A stretch of DNA of 64,000 nt from the IMG/VR virus record IMGVR_UViG_3300022868_000009, positions 62,001-126,000 of that record; one strand, written 5' to 3'. Position numbers and translations under genes: made by a program. Below the pieces are notes generated by a model that was given only the letters and a program-made list of their open reading frames with translations, was not told the DNA's origin and made no database searches. The first letter of the stretch is position 1; the number at the start of each line of letters is the position of its first letter. Positions 59,084-64,000 of this stretch are shown piece after piece.

Positions 59084-59129
59084 ACTTTTAATTATTTTCG
59101 AAATATAATTTAAAAATTAATGGATAATT

Positions 59130-59369
59130 ATGCCAAAAAGTAGAAATAAAAAAAATCAAAAGAAAAGATCTCAAGCAAGAACACAAAGAATTAAAAATCA
59201 ACAAGTAAAAGCCAAAAAAGAACTAATAGAATTATTCCAAAAAGCCCAAGAAGAATCTTTACAAGAAAAAGCTAAACAAACTGAAGCAGACGCAAACGTA
59301 GTTGTAGAAGATTTAGATATAGGTGATAACTTAGAACTTGAAATTGATGAAGAAGAAATAAAAGAATAA
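59130..59369 (+). CDS. Hypothetical protein (basic N-terminus, acidic C-terminus)
   Basis: MPKSRNKK... ORF followed by terminator. Confidence 0.6.
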   Translation: MPKSRNKKNQKKRSQARTQRIKNQQVKAKKELIELFQKAQEESLQEKAKQTEADANVVVEDLDIGDNLELEIDEEEIKE

Positions 59370-59374
59370 AAAAG

Positions 59375-59400
59375 AAAAACCACTCAATGAGTGGTTTTTT
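59375..59400. terminator. Bidirectional intrinsic terminator
   Basis: AAAAACCACTC-AAT-GAGTGGTTTTT. Confidence 0.85.
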
Positions 59401-59402
59401 AC

Positions 59403-59891
59403 TTATGTTGTTGCGACATAAACTATTAAAGTTTCCGAACTAACTCCATTCCAAGCCTCAATCCAAATTTCATAATCTGAAGCTGAACTTAGATGTTTAT
59501 TAATTTGTATAACCATATTTAAGTCATTTAATGATCTTATTCTTTGCCTACTCCAAGGCATAACCTTATTTTGAGATGAATCCAATACTGTTATAAAATA
59601 CTTTGCAACACCATCAACTAAATCAAATTTTAAGATAATTTCACTATTTGTAACAGAACTTGATGAAATTGTTACTGCAGAAGGTGCTAAAAAATATAAT
59701 TCTTTATTCTCCCATATTTTATCAAATTGAAAATCATTATCAGCAAATTGATATACTGTATCACCACTTTCAATTATTTGTCTTCTTATTAACCATTTTC
59801 CTTCAGTAGTTAGTACACCTGGATTAGCATAGCCATAATATGTTTCTGTTGCTCCTGTATTCATTCGAAGCCAATTTGTTAAATCAATCAT
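59403..59891 (-). CDS. Putative virion structural protein with FN3-like C-terminus
   Basis: Beta-rich; YYGYANPG...WLIRR; YEIWIEAWNG. Confidence 0.45.
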   Translation of the reverse strand: MIDLTNWLRMNTGATETYYGYANPGVLTTEGKWLIRRQIIESGDTVYQFADNDFQFDKIWENKELYFLAPSAVTISSSSVTNSEIILKFDLVDGVAKYFITVLDSSQNKVMPWSRQRIRSLNDLNMVIQINKHLSSASDYEIWIEAWNGVSSETLIVYVATT

Positions 59892-59931
59892 TAGTTAGTT
59901 AATTATTTTTTGTTGATTATCTCTTTATATA

Positions 59932-61317
59932 TTAAACTTTTTCTTTATCTATTTCAAAATCTTCCCATCCTTCTTCACCATCTTCCCATGACCAATCTTT
60001 TTTACCACCTTTTTTACCAAAAACAGTTTTCTTCTTTTTCTTTTTCTTATCTTCACCACCCTCATCATCAAATTCATCAAATACATCTGGATATAATCTA
60101 CCATCAGCATCAACTTCATATTTCAAATCAAAATAATCTTTAAAGTTTTTAACATCAGACTTTTGAATAGCATATTCTCTATTTAATTCTAATTGTTTTT
60201 CTAAATATAAATTTATATCTTTAACCAAACTATTAAATAATATAAGAGTTTGTTGATTAAAAACACCAATTGGTTTTTTCTTTTTCTTGCTAAATGAACT
60301 AAGAATACACTTAAATACATATTCAATTTTATCATTAGATTTAACAAAATCTTTAGTAAGTTTATTTGGTATAAGTTCCAAATTAATTTTAAATTTATCT
60401 TCTTTAAAAAATGATGGAATACCAAAATTCCATTTTTCAATATCTTTCTTAATATCTTTAATATAATCATTAAATATTTTACACACAATCTCAATATATA
60501 ATTCATCCATTGTTAAAGAATGTAATTTATAATTCTTTAATGCAATTTGTTGAAAATATTCTAAAAATGATAATAATATCAAACTATATGTATCTATATA
60601 TTCTGTGTTATTATTAGATGATAATCTATGATATAAAGGATTTAATAATTCAAATGAATAATCTGTATTATTATCTATTTTAAATATTATTTTCTCTAAA
60701 TTATCATTAAATACTTCATCATTCATCAAAAATGAATTCTTTAACTGAGGATTTAGTATTTGATAAAAGAAATAAGCAAAATTCTTTTCTCCAAAAACAT
60801 ATTCTAAGTCTTTATCACTTGTATTTAAATACAAATCAATTATTTCTAACTGTTTTTCACTTAATTTACCTTTATATAAAACTGGTAAATAATCTACATT
60901 AAATAATTCGCCATATTCTTTTAATTCATCATAATTATAAAAATATTTTGAACCTTTTACAATACAAGTTAATATTAAACCACCTTTAGGTACAATATTA
61001 TACTCTATATTTGCAGGTTGATTATCTGGGAAATATTCAAAACAAAACCACCAATTTTTATTTAATAAATCAGTTACATAATCTGGTAATTGATGAATAT
61101 ATTTATATGCTTGATTATAAAATTTTTGTGTCGCCAAATCAATAAAATTAAGAGGTTGGCTTCTAAGTGATTTAGGTTTTATAATGAATTTATCACCAGT
61201 CCACTTTATAAAAATTTGAGAACCTTGTATATCTTCATATACAATAAGTTCTTTATCTTTTACAAGATCTATAAATTCTTGAGAATTTTCTACGTTAAGT
61301 TTTTTAATCATTGTCAT
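59932..61317 (-). CDS. Conserved-looking phage protein with RNA-ligase-like fold, catalytic Lys apparently absent
   Basis: VYEDIQGS in place of EKxDGS; FCFEY; PVLYKG; EKIIFK. Confidence 0.45.
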   Translation of the reverse strand: MTMIKKLNVENSQEFIDLVKDKELIVYEDIQGSQIFIKWTGDKFIIKPKSLRSQPLNFIDLATQKFYNQAYKYIHQLPDYVTDLLNKNWWFCFEYFPDNQPANIEYNIVPKGGLILTCIVKGSKYFYNYDELKEYGELFNVDYLPVLYKGKLSEKQLEIIDLYLNTSDKDLEYVFGEKNFAYFFYQILNPQLKNSFLMNDEVFNDNLEKIIFKIDNNTDYSFELLNPLYHRLSSNNNTEYIDTYSLILLSFLEYFQQIALKNYKLHSLTMDELYIEIVCKIFNDYIKDIKKDIEKWNFGIPSFFKEDKFKINLELIPNKLTKDFVKSNDKIEYVFKCILSSFSKKKKKPIGVFNQQTLILFNSLVKDINLYLEKQLELNREYAIQKSDVKNFKDYFDLKYEVDADGRLYPDVFDEFDDEGGEDKKKKKKKTVFGKKGGKKDWSWEDGEEGWEDFEIDKEKV

Positions 61318-61424
61318 ATTTATTTCTATTTTGTTTTTTAGAAATCTTTAACATATATATTAAAATTTTAAATCTTATTATAGACTTCTTATAAAAAATA
61401 TATAATAGAAAATAATTATTAAAC

Positions 61425-61847
61425 ATGGGAAAAATGGGAAAATTTATCCAAGCCTTAGCAAATAATGGTTTTGTGGATTATGAAAACTACATATTAGTTG
61501 GTTCTTTTGAAAATGGTAAAATACACATTAAAAACATTAAAACTGAAGAAGAATATATAATTGATGTAAAAGCTATTGAAAAACCAGAACCTATTAATAT
61601 CTTATCAGAAACTGAAAAAAATATAACTGAAGAAATAATAACTGAAGAAGTAACTGGTGATCCTTTAAACTTATTATCTGAAGAAGAAGTAGGCGACCCT
61701 TTTAATTTACTAACAGAAAATAAGGAAATTATAAAACCCCGTGGTTGGGCATTAAGAAAAGAATATGTTGATTTACAAGGCAATGTTTTTCATAAAGGTG
61801 TTGAACAACCAAATTTAAAAGGAACTTTACGTCCTAGCAACATTTAG
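61425..61847 (+). CDS. Hypothetical phage protein
   Basis: 140 aa ORF; short internal EEVxGDPxNLL duplication. Confidence 0.55.
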   Translation: MGKMGKFIQALANNGFVDYENYILVGSFENGKIHIKNIKTEEEYIIDVKAIEKPEPINILSETEKNITEEIITEEVTGDPLNLLSEEEVGDPFNLLTENKEIIKPRGWALRKEYVDLQGNVFHKGVEQPNLKGTLRPSNI

Positions 61848-62400
61848 GACATCCTTGTCCTCTTAAATGAGCATCAGGTCTTTGTAAAAATACTCCATGA
61901 TTAGGACATTTTATTTTTACTTTTGTTTTATTATTAAAATATTTAACTTCACTATAATTATACTTATTATTATGAATTTTATTTGATCTTATTATAAATT
62001 CTTCCGTAGTTAATTTATATCTACCACCACATTTAGAACAACCATGTCCACTTAGATGATTTGAAGGTGTTTGCCAAAATTCACCATGTTTAAGACATAT
62101 TATTCTCACTTTAGTTTTACTATTTACATAATTAACAAAACTATAATCATATTTATCATCATGAACTATATTTGATTTATTAATAAATGATTCTGTATCA
62201 TCTTTCATATTATTAGTTGCACAAACAGGACAACCTTGTCCTTCTAAATGTTTAGAAGGACTTTGCCAAAATTCACCATGTTCAAAACATATTATTCTCA
62301 CTTTAGTTTTACTATTTACATAATTAACAAAACTATAATCATATTTATCATCATGAACTATATTTGATTTATTAATAAATTCAATTAATTTAATTTTCAT
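61834..62400 (-). CDS. DUF723-like zinc-binding repeat protein (endonuclease-associated DNA-binding repeats, no nuclease domain)
   Basis: Three FIxxSNxxH..KYxYS...C..HG.F.Q...HL.G.GCxxC repeats; first two near-identical in DNA. Confidence 0.7.
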   Translation of the reverse strand: MKIKLIEFINKSNIVHDDKYDYSFVNYVNSKTKVRIICFEHGEFWQSPSKHLEGQGCPVCATNNMKDDTESFINKSNIVHDDKYDYSFVNYVNSKTKVRIICLKHGEFWQTPSNHLSGHGCSKCGGRYKLTTEEFIIRSNKIHNNKYNYSEVKYFNNKTKVKIKCPNHGVFLQRPDAHLRGQGCPKCC

Positions 62401-62506
62401 AATCTTATATATCTATTGTATAGTGTCCTCCTAAACCAGTGAAGTATTGTATAATCAACACTTTTTCAATTTTTATTATTAATATATAAAAAGAAAACAT
62501 AAAATT

Positions 62507-63739
62507 ATGAAACAACAAAAAAATGTAAAAGGTATAATGTCATCAAACAGCTTGACTAATTATCCATACTATAGAATAGATGGTGGGTCAATGAGTGGTG
62601 AAACATATCTTTTAACATATACACACGCAACAGGTTCTACAATAGGTAGTACTGCTATTGTATCTTATCCAACAGGGGTAACTTCAAGTGCAACTGTAGT
62701 AAATGATGGTGATACTGCAACAGTTACTACTGATACTTACTTATTAGTGAAATTAGTGCCTGGTCAAACAGCTACGATCAACGGATATGTAGTTGCAAAT
62801 ATTGGTGGTGACTTCTATTTTAATGGAACAAAATATGATATCGGAGACACATTTGATTATGATGGATTAACATTCACATTCATTGGATTTGGTAGCTTCT
62901 TATTAGGAGTTGTTGATACAGATTCTTCAGCAGTAACTAGCTTTACAATGGTACCTTCATCAGCTGCAACACATACAGTAGGTGACTCTATAACATTAGT
63001 AATGTATGACCAAAATAGTGTTGATATAACAGGATTAATTGCACTTTCAGGTGATACAACAACATCAACTTATACTGATTCTTGGACACCAACAACAGGT
63101 GAACTAGTATTATCCAATGTAACTGGTAATACTGTATCTATTTATTTCTATTATATAACAGATGCTACTATCAATGATAAATACGTGATCAATTTTATTG
63201 ATCCTGTAGTATCAAGTATGACACTTGTACCAACAAGTGGATCTTATGAATCAGGTACAACTGAAACACTAGTATTTACAAATCAATCTGGTATTGATAT
63301 AACTACAAATGTTTCTCTATCAAGTGATACATATTCTTCTGCATATGTAACTGACTTCTCAGCTTCAACAGGAGCTATTTATTTCGGAGACAAGTTCGGT
63401 ATTGATGTACCATTAACATTCTATTACAATGGTGATGATTCATTAACTAGCACATTCACAGCAGGTATATCTGGATTAACAAGTATTACAGTTACTCCGA
63501 CTGGTGGAACTTCACATGTAACTGGAACAACGACAGTATTAGCATTCACCGACCAAAACGGTAACGCAGTAGATTCATTAGATATTACTTTATCTGGTGA
63601 TACATCAGCATATGGTGTTTACGTACCTTCAACTAGTACAATTAGATACGATAAAGAAGGTGTGATGATAGACTTTGTATTCTACCACAACTCTGATGAT
63701 ACAATAACTAGTACATACACAGTAGATATCTTTTTTTAA
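62507..63739 (+). CDS. Thr/Ser-rich virion structural protein with three Ig-like repeats
   Basis: Low Lys, beta-rich; repeated VTS.T.VP.S......G....L.F.DQ.G.DIT units. Confidence 0.6.
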   Translation: MKQQKNVKGIMSSNSLTNYPYYRIDGGSMSGETYLLTYTHATGSTIGSTAIVSYPTGVTSSATVVNDGDTATVTTDTYLLVKLVPGQTATINGYVVANIGGDFYFNGTKYDIGDTFDYDGLTFTFIGFGSFLLGVVDTDSSAVTSFTMVPSSAATHTVGDSITLVMYDQNSVDITGLIALSGDTTTSTYTDSWTPTTGELVLSNVTGNTVSIYFYYITDATINDKYVINFIDPVVSSMTLVPTSGSYESGTTETLVFTNQSGIDITTNVSLSSDTYSSAYVTDFSASTGAIYFGDKFGIDVPLTFYYNGDDSLTSTFTAGISGLTSITVTPTGGTSHVTGTTTVLAFTDQNGNAVDSLDITLSGDTSAYGVYVPSTSTIRYDKEGVMIDFVFYHNSDDTITSTYTVDIFF

Positions 63740-63796
63740 TACGGCTTCGCCTCCCTCAGTTATAACTAACAGTTAATCACATTCTTTAATATTTTA

Positions 63797-63826
63797 GAAA
63801 ATCCCATCAATTTGATGGGATTTTTT
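63797..63826 (+). terminator. Intrinsic terminator
   Basis: AAAATCCCATC-AATTT-GATGGGATTTTTT. Confidence 0.8.
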
Positions 63827-63839
63827 AATATATACAATT

Positions 63840-64000
63840 ATGATAACAAAATTTAAAATATACGAAAAAGTGAATTTAAAAGATATTGAAGTCAAAATCA
63901 CGAATATTAATCAAAAACTAATAGATATTCTCATATCAGATTTATCATTAGTTGTGAAGAAAAAAAAGAAAAAATCAATTAGACCAGAATCTATTACAGG
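63840..64000 (+). CDS. Partial ORF (MITKFKIYE...), runs off window
   Basis: ATG after TAATATATA motif; tag-like start. Confidence 0.5.
   Translation, partial: MITKFKIYEKVNLKDIEVKITNINQKLIDILISDLSLVVKKKKKKSIRPESIT

Noticed and set aside
38-61783. Numerous short antisense or overlapping ORFs in the ORF track (e.g. 2029, 2066, 4476, 12262, 25613, 59910)
   Set aside because: They lie inside well-supported genes on another frame or strand and show no motifs.
1-64000. Alternative genetic code (TAG/TGA recoding) as in some jumbo phages
   Set aside because: Long recognisable genes are intact in code 11, and TAG/TGA occur at sensible gene ends. The few breaks are frameshifts, not in-frame stops.
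1-64000. Bacterial chromosome or eukaryotic giant virus origin
   Set aside because: T4-like primase, gp46 and neck genes, dense homing endonucleases, bacterial-type terminators, SmpB and tRNAs fit a jumbo bacteriophage.

Overview
Very AT-rich, gene-dense segment of a large T4-like (jumbo) bacteriophage, read in the standard genetic code. The phage call rests on a gp46/SbcC-type ATPase, a gp61-type primase, a gp13-like neck protein and many free-standing endonucleases. The host is probably a Bacteroidota, judging from the SmpB and ClpS types, a T9SS C-terminal-domain protein and the lack of Shine-Dalgarno sites. In order, the window holds: a ~15 kb glycosyl-/methyltransferase island; SmpB; two DeoC paralogues; a gp46 gene fractured by a split intein with an endonuclease gene in the gap; DHFR; a two-component set; many small ORFs with a shared capsid-targeting-like N-terminus; a ~1.2 kb structured non-coding region (GOLLD-like RNA with an embedded tRNA-like element); two tRNA clusters; a ~230 nt minimal RNase P RNA; ClpS; and a PncB/Nudix/NadE NAD-salvage set. 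The most striking observation is that each tRNA cluster sits behind an intrinsic terminator, preceded by a short leader ORF missing from the ORF track. The clustered codons of each leader match the tRNAs downstream (F-H-x-W-F before His/Trp/Phe; S-K-S-K-K-x-S before Lys/Lys/Ser/Ser), and alternative antiterminator pairing is present. This looks like ribosome-mediated attenuation that switches on phage tRNAs when those tRNAs run short. All calls come from motif recognition by eye; no searches or folding programs were run.
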